Notes under the pieces: model-generated
Databases searched by the model: none
What the model saw: the letters and a program-made list of their open reading frames with translations, nothing else
What the model was told of the DNA's origin: nothing
Translations under genes and position numbers: made by a program
Part shown: positions 46,285 to 55,704 of the stretch, piece after piece
Numbering within the stretch: the first letter of the stretch is position 1
Layout: the number at the start of each line of letters is the position of its first letter
Assembly (NCBI GenBank): GCA_963712165.1
Contig: CAVQGY010000002.1
Location: 134,611-198,610, forward strand
Length of the DNA stretch: 64,000 nt
Source: an uncultured Chloroflexia bacterium
GTDB lineage: Bacteria > Chloroflexota > Anaerolineae > Anaerolineales > UBA11858
Reading direction: 5' to 3'

Positions 46285-47492
46285 ATAGGGTCTTGCGCGT
46301 CGCTCAACATGAATACCAGCGAAATGTCTTCAAAAAAAGCTTCCTGCTGACCCTGTTGAGCATACCATTTATGGTTGCTTTTAGTGTGGGCGTGGGATTC
46401 TTTATGGTTTCCTTGGAGAATAATGATCTGCCTGTTGGCTATCTTGACCAGGCAGGGATATTTGAAAACCCTATCCCGGCGCCTGTCTCGGGAGGGGATG
46501 AACCCGTTGATTTCATTTCCTACCAGACCGAAGAAGAGGCCCTGGCGTCCCTGAAAGCCAATGAGATCCAGGCTTATTATATACTTCCAACTGACTACTT
46601 GGAGACCCGGAGGATTGAGATAGTCTATATAGATAAACCCGCAGACAATGCCAACAGACAGTGGTGGGATTACCTTCAGATCAACCTGCTTTCTGATCAA
46701 CCAACAGAGATCGCTTACCGATCTGCTTCTGGGGCAGATGTGACCGTGCGCTCACTGGATGGTAAACGTTCCGTGGCTGACAGCGGTCCCACCTTCGGCA
46801 ATATGATGCCCTTATTCATCACCTTGGCTTTTTTAGCACTGATCTTGATGAGTTCCGGATTTCTGATGGGAGCTGTTGCCGAGGAAAAAGAGAACCGCAC
46901 CATGGAAATCATGGTCACCTCAATCTCTCCCCTGCAGATGATCGGCGGTAAGCTTTTAGGCATCGTCGCCATAGCGTTGACCTTGCTGGTTTCATGGACC
47001 CTGATCGTAGTCCTGGGCATATTTGCAGCCCGTGTAATGGGGATCGGGTGGTTCCAGAACTTAGGAATGGACTGGGGCGTTGTCCTGGCAACAGTTGCCA
47101 TCGCCGCCCCTGCCTATGTGCTGGTATCAGCCTTGATGATAGCAATCGGCACGATGGTCACCTCTACCCAGGAAGGGCAGTCGTTTAGCTCAGTCTTTAT
47201 CATTTTCCATTTGATCCCTCTCTATATCAGTTTCGCATTTGTGAATGACCCGCAGAGTTCTCTGGCCGTCACACTGAGTATTCTGCCATTCACATCCCTG
47301 ATGACGACTGCCATGCGCAACCTGTTCTACTCCGTTCCCTCCTGGCAGATCGCCGTGAGTGCTTGTGTGCAAACATTCTGCGCTGTGATAGCACTCTGGC
47401 TGGCAAGCCGGGCTTTTCGGCTGGGCATGCTGCGTTATGGTCAACGGCTTCGTTGGCGTAGTTTATTCCAATTGCGGGAGTCTGGTGAGTGA
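46281..47492 (+). CDS. ABC-2 type transporter permease (NatB-like)
   Basis: 403 aa with one N-terminal TM, a large loop and a C-terminal cluster of TM helices. It overlaps the ATPase gene by 4 nt (ATGA). Confidence 0.8.
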   Translation: MNRVLRVAQHEYQRNVFKKSFLLTLLSIPFMVAFSVGVGFFMVSLENNDLPVGYLDQAGIFENPIPAPVSGGDEPVDFISYQTEEEALASLKANEIQAYYILPTDYLETRRIEIVYIDKPADNANRQWWDYLQINLLSDQPTEIAYRSASGADVTVRSLDGKRSVADSGPTFGNMMPLFITLAFLALILMSSGFLMGAVAEEKENRTMEIMVTSISPLQMIGGKLLGIVAIALTLLVSWTLIVVLGIFAARVMGIGWFQNLGMDWGVVLATVAIAAPAYVLVSALMIAIGTMVTSTQEGQSFSSVFIIFHLIPLYISFAFVNDPQSSLAVTLSILPFTSLMTTAMRNLFYSVPSWQIAVSACVQTFCAVIALWLASRAFRLGMLRYGQRLRWRSLFQLRESGE

Positions 47493-47502
47493 GGGTAATA
47501 CA

Positions 47503-48792
47503 ATGAAAAAAATATTAAAGATCATTCGCCAGGAACTAATCATTACTTTCAGCCGCCCATCTTTTCTGGTTGTTGCGGTTGGCATTCCCCTTCTGGGTGT
47601 TTTGATCCTTGCCGGAGTAAAAGTGATCCAGGACCGTTCTGGTGATGCTGACCCAACATCCGACTCCTCAGCAGAAGAATGGCAAATGGAAATCGAAGGT
47701 TATATCGATCAGGCTGATCTGATCCAGGTCATCCCCCCAGATCTCCCTGAGGGGCATTTGATAGCCTATGAAAACGAGGATCAGGCCAAAGAAGCCCTGG
47801 CAGCAGGGGAGATCTCTGCTTACTACATCATTCCAGTTGATTTTGTGGAAGAAGGGGAGGTTATCTATGTCTTTCCGGATTCCAAACCCTTGATCGAAGA
47901 TGGTCAGAAATGGGTCATAAGGTGGACCTTGCTGGTTAATCTTCAGGGAGGGGATCTGGAAAAAGCAGAGCGAATCTGGAATCCGGTTGGGGAGTTGGAA
48001 GAGCGGGTTATCTCATCCTCGGCGGTGATAGAAAGCCCGGATGCCAGCGAAGCGTGCTCCCGTCCCGGATCCGCCTGCCAATCCAATGATCTGGTGCGTT
48101 ACATACCCTCCATTATGGCCGCCCTCTTCTATATATCCTTCATGTTCAGCAGCACGATGCTCTTCACCAGTGTTGGCATAGAAAAAGAAAACCGCACCCT
48201 GGAAGTGCTGTTGCTGTCGATCAGCCCGAGACAGCTGCTGACTGGGAAAACGATTGGATTGGGCATAGCAGGGCTGATCCAAACCCTGGTCTGGTTAGGC
48301 GCGGTCTATACCATATTCAACCTGGGTGGATCAACACTGAGCCTGCCAGAGAATTTTTCCTTTCCCGTAGATATCTTGATCTGGAGTTTGATCTTTTTCC
48401 TGAGTGGATATGGGGTTTATGCCAGCATGATGGCTGGAGCAGGAGCCCTGGCGCCGAAGATGAAGGATGCTGGGGGTGCTAACTTCATTGCCATGAGTCC
48501 CCTCTTGATCGGTTATATAGTTGGGATCCTGGCACCATTGGCTGAATCCGCCGAGGCAGCCCTGCCGATCATCCTCAGTTTCTTTCCCCTCACATCGCCG
48601 ATCGTAATGGTCATGCGCTTAACGAACAGCATCGTTCCTCTCTGGCAATTATTACTGTCAGCTGGTTTATTAATTGCCACAAATATATTGATCATCCGGG
48701 CAACCGCATCCATGTTCCATGCCCAGCATCTACTTTCGGGTCAACCCTTTTCGATAAAACGCTATTTCAGGATATTATTTTCAGGAAACTGA
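47503..48792 (+). CDS. ABC-2 type transporter permease, second paralogue
   Basis: It has the same architecture as the preceding gene, including the shared EKENRT motif. I place the start at ATG 47503 (MKKILKII, GAGG upstream) rather than the ORF-track start at 47437. Confidence 0.8.
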   Translation: MKKILKIIRQELIITFSRPSFLVVAVGIPLLGVLILAGVKVIQDRSGDADPTSDSSAEEWQMEIEGYIDQADLIQVIPPDLPEGHLIAYENEDQAKEALAAGEISAYYIIPVDFVEEGEVIYVFPDSKPLIEDGQKWVIRWTLLVNLQGGDLEKAERIWNPVGELEERVISSSAVIESPDASEACSRPGSACQSNDLVRYIPSIMAALFYISFMFSSTMLFTSVGIEKENRTLEVLLLSISPRQLLTGKTIGLGIAGLIQTLVWLGAVYTIFNLGGSTLSLPENFSFPVDILIWSLIFFLSGYGVYASMMAGAGALAPKMKDAGGANFIAMSPLLIGYIVGILAPLAESAEAALPIILSFFPLTSPIVMVMRLTNSIVPLWQLLLSAGLLIATNILIIRATASMFHAQHLLSGQPFSIKRYFRILFSGN

Positions 48793-48840
48793 TAAAAATT
48801 AAATAAGCTGGAATAGAGACGCTATTTATCAATACAACAA

Positions 48841-48878
48841 AACCGCTCTTCATTCTGAAGAGCGGTTCTTATTTTTTT
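48841..48878. terminator. Terminator between convergent genes
   Basis: A 12-bp stem, AACCGCTCTTCA/TGAAGAGCGGTT, with loop TTC is followed by a T-rich run. Confidence 0.8.
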
Positions 48879-48889
48879 CAACCGGGATG

Positions 48890-49513
48890 TTAGTTCGTGA
48901 CTGTAACAGCTTTACCAATCAATTGATTCTCTTTCAGTTCTTTGAGGATCAGGTCCGCCACATCAGCCCGGGCAATGGTGGATTTCTTGGCGAGGATATT
49001 CTCCCCATACTCATAGACACCCGTTCTGGGTGAGTCCTGCAAGCCGCTGGGGCGAATGATGGTCCAATCCAACCCGCTGCCTTTGACCGCAGCCTCCTGG
49101 GATTCGTGGTCCACCCGTGAGCTCTTTAACAGGGTGGCAAAGAAGGCTTTATTGACCAGCGACAAAGTATCCCAACTATCACCTACTCCCATGGCAGTGA
49201 TAACCACCAACCGGGAGAGGTTATATTTCTCCATGCTGTTGATGATATGGATCGTGCCAGTGGTGCGCACAGTTGTCTTTCCCAGGTCATTTCCAACACC
49301 CAGGGCGCAGATGACGGCCTCCTGGCCTTCAACTGCCTGGTCGACAGCAGATGGATCAAAGACATCACCTGTCAAGACCCTTAAGCTTTTATCCTCAAAT
49401 GGGATCCGGGCAGGATCGCGCACAAAAGCGGTCACTTCATGACCAACTTCCAGGGCATGTTTGAGAATTTCAATTCCGGTTCTGCCGCTTGCTCCAAAGA
49501 TAACGATCTTCAT
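48890..49513 (-). CDS. NAD(P)H-binding atypical SDR (BVR-B/flavin-reductase-like)
   Basis: 207 aa with MKIVIFGASGRTGIEILKHAL. Confidence 0.8.
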   Translation of the reverse strand: MKIVIFGASGRTGIEILKHALEVGHEVTAFVRDPARIPFEDKSLRVLTGDVFDPSAVDQAVEGQEAVICALGVGNDLGKTTVRTTGTIHIINSMEKYNLSRLVVITAMGVGDSWDTLSLVNKAFFATLLKSSRVDHESQEAAVKGSGLDWTIIRPSGLQDSPRTGVYEYGENILAKKSTIARADVADLILKELKENQLIGKAVTVTN

Positions 49514-49639
49514 TTAAAATTTTCTCCATGATGTTTTTCAAAGGATCAAGGAAGATGATAGCATACAGGGGGCTCAGCCCATGTTATAACTCTATAAGAT
49601 TAACATAGGGTCAAACTGATTAAATTCCAAGGACCTGAC

Positions 49640-50566
49640 ATGCCTTCGAAAACAATAAACTCCAAAAACACCTTGATCCTGGCTTTAGTAGTGGGCTTAT
49701 CCCTTTTAACGATCACCATCTTGTCCTTTCAATTCAGGACCAACGGAAAGATCATCTCAAGCGGACGGACACGGAAATTCCTGATCTATGTCCCGGAATC
49801 TTATGATCCTGAAATGCCAACGCCCCTGGTTTTCAGCATCCATGGATTTGTACAGTGGCCCAATCACCAGAGAGCCATGACAGGATGGAATGACCTGGCA
49901 GATGAATATGGATTCCTGGTCGTATATCCCCAGGGCACCGGCTTCCCGCTCCGCTGGAATGCCTCGCCTATTTATGGTGATACAAAATCCATGGACGAGG
50001 AACTGCAGTTCTTTGCGGACCTGATCGACCATCTTGAAAGGACCTATAACATCGATCCCTCCCGGGTCTATGCCAACGGCATGTCCAATGGTGCCGGGAT
50101 GACCGATCTGCTGGCCTGTGAACTGTCCGACAGGTTCGCAGGAGTCGGCGGTGTGGCAGGGGCATATCTATTTCCCCAAGAAGACTGCCATCCATCCCGG
50201 CCAGTACCGGTGATCGCTTTCCACGGAGTAGACGATCCGGTCGTTCCTTATCTAGGCGGTCCCAGTCCCCGGGATGATCGATTATTCTTCCCGGCAGTTG
50301 AGGATTGGGCTAAAAACTGGGCGTTAATGAATTCCTGCGATAATAGCCCTGAGAAAATCCAAATAACAGAAGACATCATGAGAATGACCTATTCAGTATG
50401 CGAGGGTGAAGCTCCGGTGATCTTTTACAGAGTTGAAGGCGCCGGGCACACCTGGCCGGGCGGTGAAAAACTACCGGTCTGGATCACTGGTCCGACAAAC
50501 CGGGATATTAATGCCTCAGCATTGATGTGGGAATTCTTCAGCGAATATCCGGCAGAGAAGGAATAA
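49640..50566 (+). CDS. PHB-depolymerase-family esterase (LpqC-like), secreted or membrane-anchored
   Basis: 308 aa with an N-terminal TM/signal segment, LVFSIHGF, a nucleophile context YANGMSNGAGM and AFHGVDDPVVPY. Confidence 0.8.
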   Translation: MPSKTINSKNTLILALVVGLSLLTITILSFQFRTNGKIISSGRTRKFLIYVPESYDPEMPTPLVFSIHGFVQWPNHQRAMTGWNDLADEYGFLVVYPQGTGFPLRWNASPIYGDTKSMDEELQFFADLIDHLERTYNIDPSRVYANGMSNGAGMTDLLACELSDRFAGVGGVAGAYLFPQEDCHPSRPVPVIAFHGVDDPVVPYLGGPSPRDDRLFFPAVEDWAKNWALMNSCDNSPEKIQITEDIMRMTYSVCEGEAPVIFYRVEGAGHTWPGGEKLPVWITGPTNRDINASALMWEFFSEYPAEKE

Positions 50567-50632
50567 TAAATGGCGATTCTGGCAGAGCTTTTCGGCGATA
50601 TCAAATTCATCTTCTCCTACCGGAGGGTGCTG

Positions 50633-51229
50633 ATGAAAAGACAGCTGGGCCTGGATAAACTAGCTCCCAAGGCCGGTGACCTGGCGCTAGATTTCACCCT
50701 CTCGGATATCTCAGGTACGGAATCGATCACCCTGTCCGATTTCCAGGGGAAAAAGCCGGTGGCGCTGATCTTTGGCAGCTTCACCTGACCTCCCTATGTC
50801 AAGGGTACCGTGAGTATCAAGGAGCTCTATGAGAAATATCACGACCAGGTCCAGTTCCTGAGCATCTATATCCGCGAAGCCCATCCCATTGACGGTTGGT
50901 GGTTGGGCCGGCGCCTGACCAGGGGGTTGATGAAGATGTTTGAACCCAGGGCATCCCAAGAGCACTATGATCCCCAGACCATGGAGGAACGCAGGTCGGT
51001 GGCAGGGGAGTGCGAGACTGCTCTCCAATATGGGATCCGCACCTATGTAGACGAGATGGATGACAGGGTAAACGACACTTACGCCGCCTGGCCGACCCGA
51101 TTGTACCTAATTGGCCTGGATGGAGTGGTCGTTTATGCCGGCGGGATGGGGCCATATGATTTCCGCCCGGCAAAACTGGAAAAGGCCATTGAGACCTATT
51201 TGGCCAGCCAGCAAAATCTTAGCAGCTGA
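50633..51229 (+). CDS. Deiodinase-like thioredoxin-fold protein with in-frame UGA (probable selenocysteine) at 50786-50788
   Basis: ORFs 50570..50788 and 50810..51229 are in the same frame. Read through, the site is ALIFGSFT-TGA-PPYV, followed by FLSIYIREAHPIDGWW. GGAGGG lies 5 nt upstream of ATG 50633; ATG 50570 is an alternative start. Confidence 0.75.
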
Positions 51230-51262
51230 TAGTTACAAAGTAATGGATCTGATTTTGGAATA

Positions 51263-51292
51263 AACCTCCCCAAAGGGGAGGTTATTTTTATT
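51263..51292 (+). terminator. Intrinsic terminator after the selenoprotein gene
   Basis: AACCTCCCC-aaa-GGGGAGGTT is followed by ATTTTTATT. Confidence 0.8.
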
Positions 51293-51363
51293 ATGCTATA
51301 CTGAAAAAGGCATTGATCTCGGCAGGATCGAAATGATTTCCACCATATTGAACGGAGGTCCAC

Positions 51364-52947
51364 ATGAAGGTATTTCAAGGAAAGATCATCTCCCTCGATT
51401 CAGATAGTAATATCTATCAATACCTGGTGGAGGATCAAGGGAGAATCGAATATTTGGGAGACAGTTTACCTCCTGAATACCAGAACGGAAAACCGTTGAT
51501 CGACCTGGGCGACCAAGCCCTGATTCCGGCCTTCGGGGATGGACACCTGCACTTTTCAAATTGGGCTTTGTTCGCCGCTTCTTTTTTTGATGTGCGCGAG
51601 GCCCGAAATATCCCGGAGATCCAGGAACAAATCAAGGAATATCTCAAAGGAAAAAGCCGCCAGAGAATTGTCATCGGATTTGGCGTCTCCAAATACAGCG
51701 TCAGCGAAAGGAGATTGATCAACAAGGAAGAACTGGATCAGGTCTGTCCAGACAATCCTCTGGTCCTGGTCTGTTATGATGGGCACTCTGCGATATTCAA
51801 CAGCGCCATGCTGGATAAGTTTCCAGATACCGTGAAGCAGCTGCCTGGATTCGATGCAGATCAAGGCCATCTGTTCCACGAAGCATTTTTCGAAGGGATA
51901 GATTTTGCAACCTCCCTGATCCCTCCTCTGCAGCTGATCAAAAGCATCATCAAAGGATACGATCTGCTGGCTGCTTATGGTGTTGGAACCATCCATGCCA
52001 CCGAAGGAGTCGGATTCCCGAATGATCTGGATGTTACCCTGGTCAGCCTCATCGCCAAAGCCCGGGGAAAAAAGAATAACTTTCAAACCCGGCTATTTTT
52101 CCAAACCATGGATGTTGGGAAGGTCCTTAAGCGAGGCTTGCCACGCATCGGAGGATGTTTTGCTACTGCTCTTGACGGCTGCTTTGGGGCCACCGATGCT
52201 GCCCTGCATGAAGCCTACAGCCATGATCCTGGAAACAAGGGTATTCTCTTTCACGAGGAAGAAGAGGTCTTTGAATTTGCCAGAAAGGCAAACCGGGAAG
52301 GATTGCAGATCGAAATGCATGCGATCGGGGATGCAGCTGTCACGAGAGCAGTCGATGCTATCGAGGGGGCATTGCAGGATACACCGCGGGAAGACCACAG
52401 ACATACGATCATCCATGCCTGCCTGATCAAACCCGGGGATCTGCAGCGGATCGCCTCGCTGGGAATCGCCATCACTTTGCAGCCCGGTTTCCTGATCAGT
52501 CCCCTGGAACCGGTGGAATACCTGGAAGAGATCCTGGGAGACAGGATCTTCAGCAGTTCTCCTTTAAGATCGATCATTGACGCTGGCATTCATCTCAGTG
52601 GAGGTTCGGACGCACCTGTAACTCATCCCGACCCGATCGAAGGGATATATGGTGCATGCAACCATCCCTATGACACCTCTCAATCCGTTTCGATCGAAGA
52701 AGCGTTAAGGATGTACACCTATGAAGTCGCCTGGACCTGTTTTGATGAAAAAGAACGCGGCTCATTGGAAGTTGGAAAAATGGCCGACTTGGTCATACTC
52801 AACCAGGATCCCCTGTCGCTAGACCCCAGTGATCTGCGGTCCCTGAAGGTTAACAAACTCTATCTGGGTGGTGATGAATTCGAAGGGGGAATGAATATTC
52901 CCGGCATGCTTTGGAACAGCCTGGCAGGGAGCAAAGTTCCTGTCTAA
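51364..52947 (+). CDS. Amidohydrolase-family metal hydrolase (YtcJ-like)
   Basis: 527 aa with the HxH motif FGDGHLHF, later HAIGD and GSDAPV. GGAGG lies upstream, and a candidate TGCTATACT -10 lies at 51294-51302. Confidence 0.85.
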   Translation: MKVFQGKIISLDSDSNIYQYLVEDQGRIEYLGDSLPPEYQNGKPLIDLGDQALIPAFGDGHLHFSNWALFAASFFDVREARNIPEIQEQIKEYLKGKSRQRIVIGFGVSKYSVSERRLINKEELDQVCPDNPLVLVCYDGHSAIFNSAMLDKFPDTVKQLPGFDADQGHLFHEAFFEGIDFATSLIPPLQLIKSIIKGYDLLAAYGVGTIHATEGVGFPNDLDVTLVSLIAKARGKKNNFQTRLFFQTMDVGKVLKRGLPRIGGCFATALDGCFGATDAALHEAYSHDPGNKGILFHEEEEVFEFARKANREGLQIEMHAIGDAAVTRAVDAIEGALQDTPREDHRHTIIHACLIKPGDLQRIASLGIAITLQPGFLISPLEPVEYLEEILGDRIFSSSPLRSIIDAGIHLSGGSDAPVTHPDPIEGIYGACNHPYDTSQSVSIEEALRMYTYEVAWTCFDEKERGSLEVGKMADLVILNQDPLSLDPSDLRSLKVNKLYLGGDEFEGGMNIPGMLWNSLAGSKVPV

Positions 52948-53121
52948 TCCTTCTCTGAGTATGAGTAGTTTGTCCTTAATATAGACAAGACCTCACCATA
53001 GTATGATGTAAGAACATCATCGATCACGCGATCCCACGCTTCCAAAATCATGCTATGAACACTGCCAAAGTATTGCGGCAGTGTTTTATTTGATTTAGCG
53101 ATTAATTTCCCAACCAAACTC

Positions 53122-53152
53122 AGACTCCCCTGCTAGTTCAGCAGGGGAGTCT
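53122..53152. terminator. 12-bp hairpin between convergent genes
   Basis: AGACTCCCCTGC/GCAGGGGAGTCT with a 7-nt loop is followed on the plus strand by ATTTTA. Confidence 0.4.
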
Positions 53153-53155
53153 ATT

Positions 53156-54190
53156 TTAAGCAGACGAAAGGCGAAGCGGGAAGGAAATATTCATCGAGCC
53201 CGGTGCTGCAGCCCTCAGGCTGGCTGCTGTGATCGAGCGCTGGACCTGCTCCGCTCGGGAACCGGTCAGCTCAATCCGGACCACAGCATCGGGCTTGACC
53301 AGGGACAGCTGCCCCCGGATGTGAGCCAGCACCTGCTCGGGAGCGAAATCCTGGACCGGGACTGTGACTTTCACCATCGGTCGGGCAGGAAGGGGATGGG
53401 TTTCCAGTTCCTGGGTCAATTGCCCATCTTCCCAGTGAAGAGTGACCAAAACAAAGGACTTTGCCTCAAACCGTTCCGCGACCGAAGTGCGCTCGATCGA
53501 TCCCGGATAGATCACTGGAGTGTGGAGAGGCTCTCCACCCAGGGTTTGAGTCAGCTGTTGAGCCCGGTGGATATGGCCGGATAACACCGCTTGAAAACGG
53601 TCTGGCACCCACTCAGGTGGGATATTATCCGGTCCATCCCGGAAAGTGAAATCTGCTGGCCCCACCTGGGCACCCTCAAAGGTCTGGTGGGTGCACAGGT
53701 AATGGGCATCTGCCGAGACCTCCTCCCATCCGGTCTGGCCCAAGAGGGACTGGAACCTTTCTTTGGCTTTCCTCGCAAAAGGAAAACCGGACAGGGCAAC
53801 CGATCGATCTCCCAACTGGACAAGATAGGTTTGAGGTTTGTCGAAGATCTTGATATTTTCATGCGCCAGATACAGGTGCGCTGGCAGCCTGGACCGTTCA
53901 TGATTGCCCGGGACAATAAAGATCGGGATTCCCCTCTTGGCGACCTCGAAGAGCGGTTCGTAGGCCCGATCAACGATAGCTGGATGTACCTGGCTGCGGG
54001 AAAAGAGATCCCCGCCGTGGACAATAAGGTTGACCTTCTGCCTGCGAGCAAAATCCAAGATGAATTGATAATTAGAAAAGAAGTCCTCCCCCCGCCTGCG
54101 GCGCTCAATCCGGGGTTGGATAGGCAGGTCGAACCCCAGATGGGTATCAGCCAGGATCAGAATTTTGATGTGTTCTGTCATAAGTTCCAT
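53156..54190 (-). CDS. Calcineurin-like metallophosphoesterase (SbcD/Mre11-like), no SbcC partner nearby
   Basis: 344 aa with the motifs LADTHLG, HGGDLF, PGNHE and SGHIH. Confidence 0.8.
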   Translation of the reverse strand: MELMTEHIKILILADTHLGFDLPIQPRIERRRRGEDFFSNYQFILDFARRQKVNLIVHGGDLFSRSQVHPAIVDRAYEPLFEVAKRGIPIFIVPGNHERSRLPAHLYLAHENIKIFDKPQTYLVQLGDRSVALSGFPFARKAKERFQSLLGQTGWEEVSADAHYLCTHQTFEGAQVGPADFTFRDGPDNIPPEWVPDRFQAVLSGHIHRAQQLTQTLGGEPLHTPVIYPGSIERTSVAERFEAKSFVLVTLHWEDGQLTQELETHPLPARPMVKVTVPVQDFAPEQVLAHIRGQLSLVKPDAVVRIELTGSRAEQVQRSITAASLRAAAPGSMNISFPLRLSSA

Positions 54191-54316
54191 TCCGATTGAA
54201 AGAGGATCCGGTCCTCAATCCTATTATAGCACAAATGTTCTACTTTTCCAGGGATATTTCCTTCCTTCGTGTGGCTCACCTTCAGGATAAGAAAACCTAT
54301 CTTCCTGCCAACCGCG

Positions 54317-54347
54317 ACAAACTCCACCTGGTGTGGGTGGAGTTTGT
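54317..54347. repeat. ACAAACTCCACC hairpin (12-bp stem)
   Basis: The hairpin is ACAAACTCCACC-tggtgtg-GGTGGAGTTTGT. It shares the CAAACTCCAC core with the tandem repeat at 17124-17165. Confidence 0.65.
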
Positions 54348-54402
54348 ATTCTTATGCCTCTAGGAATTAATAAGTCTTTCTAATCTTTCCTCACTGTTTA
54401 GA

Positions 54403-55641
54403 TCAAGTTTCGACCTCCGAGAGCACAGCCGGCTGGAACCTTTTCCGCTTCCCCAGCCAGAGGTGAAGCAGATAGAATCCTCCCACGGCAACCAGCGCGA
54501 TCCCCGCATCCAGGTACCAGAGGGTGAAGGGGTTAAAGTTATCCAGGACATAGCCCGATGCGCTTGGTCCAATGATGGATGGCAAAGACCAGGCCAGTCC
54601 AAAGACAGCCATGTAGCGTCCCCGCATGTCCTCGGGTGCGAAATTGGCCGCCAAAGCCTGAGAAGTGGGCATAACGATCATTTCCCCTATGGTTATCACC
54701 ACCAAAGCCAAGGCAAACAGCCAGATAGTATTCACAAAACCGAACATTCCAAAGCCGAGCATGTAGAAGAAACTGCCCAGACCCATCATTAAGAACGGGG
54801 GACGATATTTTATCAACCGCGTGGTTGAGAACTGAAAAAGGATCACGGTTATGGCACTGGCAGTCATCACAAAACCATATACCTGGGGAGTGATGCCATG
54901 CACATCGCGCAGAAAGACAGAAAGGGGACCGTACATTTGCAGGTAGACCAGCAACATCAGCATGGATGCAAACATGAATGCCACATAAGCATAATCCTTG
55001 AGCACAGTACCATATCCCTGATATGTCTTCAGCATGCTCTCCGACTCCTGGCCTGTCTCAGGTTTGGTTTCCGGGATCTTCCGGAAAACCAGGTAAGCCA
55101 CCAGGCAGCTGACTACCGCGTCGATCACAAAAAGTGTGAAAAAATTTCGGTTGGCGATAAAGCCGCCGATGATGGGCCCGATGATCCAGGTCAGGTTCGC
55201 AGATACTCTTAAGATACCAAAACCTTCCTGGCGCTTCTCTTCCGGTAGGACATCAGCCACCATGGCTTGGTGGGCGGGACCAGCCACCCTGCCCAGCAGC
55301 CCGATCAAAGCTGCCAAGGGGATCAAGATAGAAAACTCATTAACAAGGCCCAGGGTCAATGTGCTGAGGGCGCTGAAGATCAATCCCCCGAGGATGATGT
55401 TCTTTCGGCCGAACTTGTCGGTCAAACCCCCGCCGATGATATTCCCCACCAATCCAAAAGCTGACATGGTTCCCAGAACAAGTCCTGCCTGGGTCATACC
55501 TACGCCGAAGTGATCGGTGATATAGAGCGAAAAGAAGGGAAAGAGCATATTCCCTCCCAGTCGGTCAATAAAGGAAACAGCCACCACAGTCCAGAACAAT
55601 CGCGGGAAGCTGTTATAGGTATCTTTCAATCGATTCAACAT
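54403..55641 (-). CDS. MFS transporter
   Basis: 412 aa, 12-TM-like, with the MFS motif GGGLTDKFGRK. Confidence 0.85.
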   Translation of the reverse strand: MLNRLKDTYNSFPRLFWTVVAVSFIDRLGGNMLFPFFSLYITDHFGVGMTQAGLVLGTMSAFGLVGNIIGGGLTDKFGRKNIILGGLIFSALSTLTLGLVNEFSILIPLAALIGLLGRVAGPAHQAMVADVLPEEKRQEGFGILRVSANLTWIIGPIIGGFIANRNFFTLFVIDAVVSCLVAYLVFRKIPETKPETGQESESMLKTYQGYGTVLKDYAYVAFMFASMLMLLVYLQMYGPLSVFLRDVHGITPQVYGFVMTASAITVILFQFSTTRLIKYRPPFLMMGLGSFFYMLGFGMFGFVNTIWLFALALVVITIGEMIVMPTSQALAANFAPEDMRGRYMAVFGLAWSLPSIIGPSASGYVLDNFNPFTLWYLDAGIALVAVGGFYLLHLWLGKRKRFQPAVLSEVET

Positions 55642-55704
55642 AGCGGATCCGGTATAGTTTTATCCTGTATAAGAATCTAGCATTGGTTGTGATCTAACTA
55701 TGCC

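Noticed and set aside
53156-54190. SbcCD-type nuclease or defence module
   Set aside because: Only the metallophosphoesterase subunit is present. No SbcC/ATPase partner or other defence-associated genes are adjacent.
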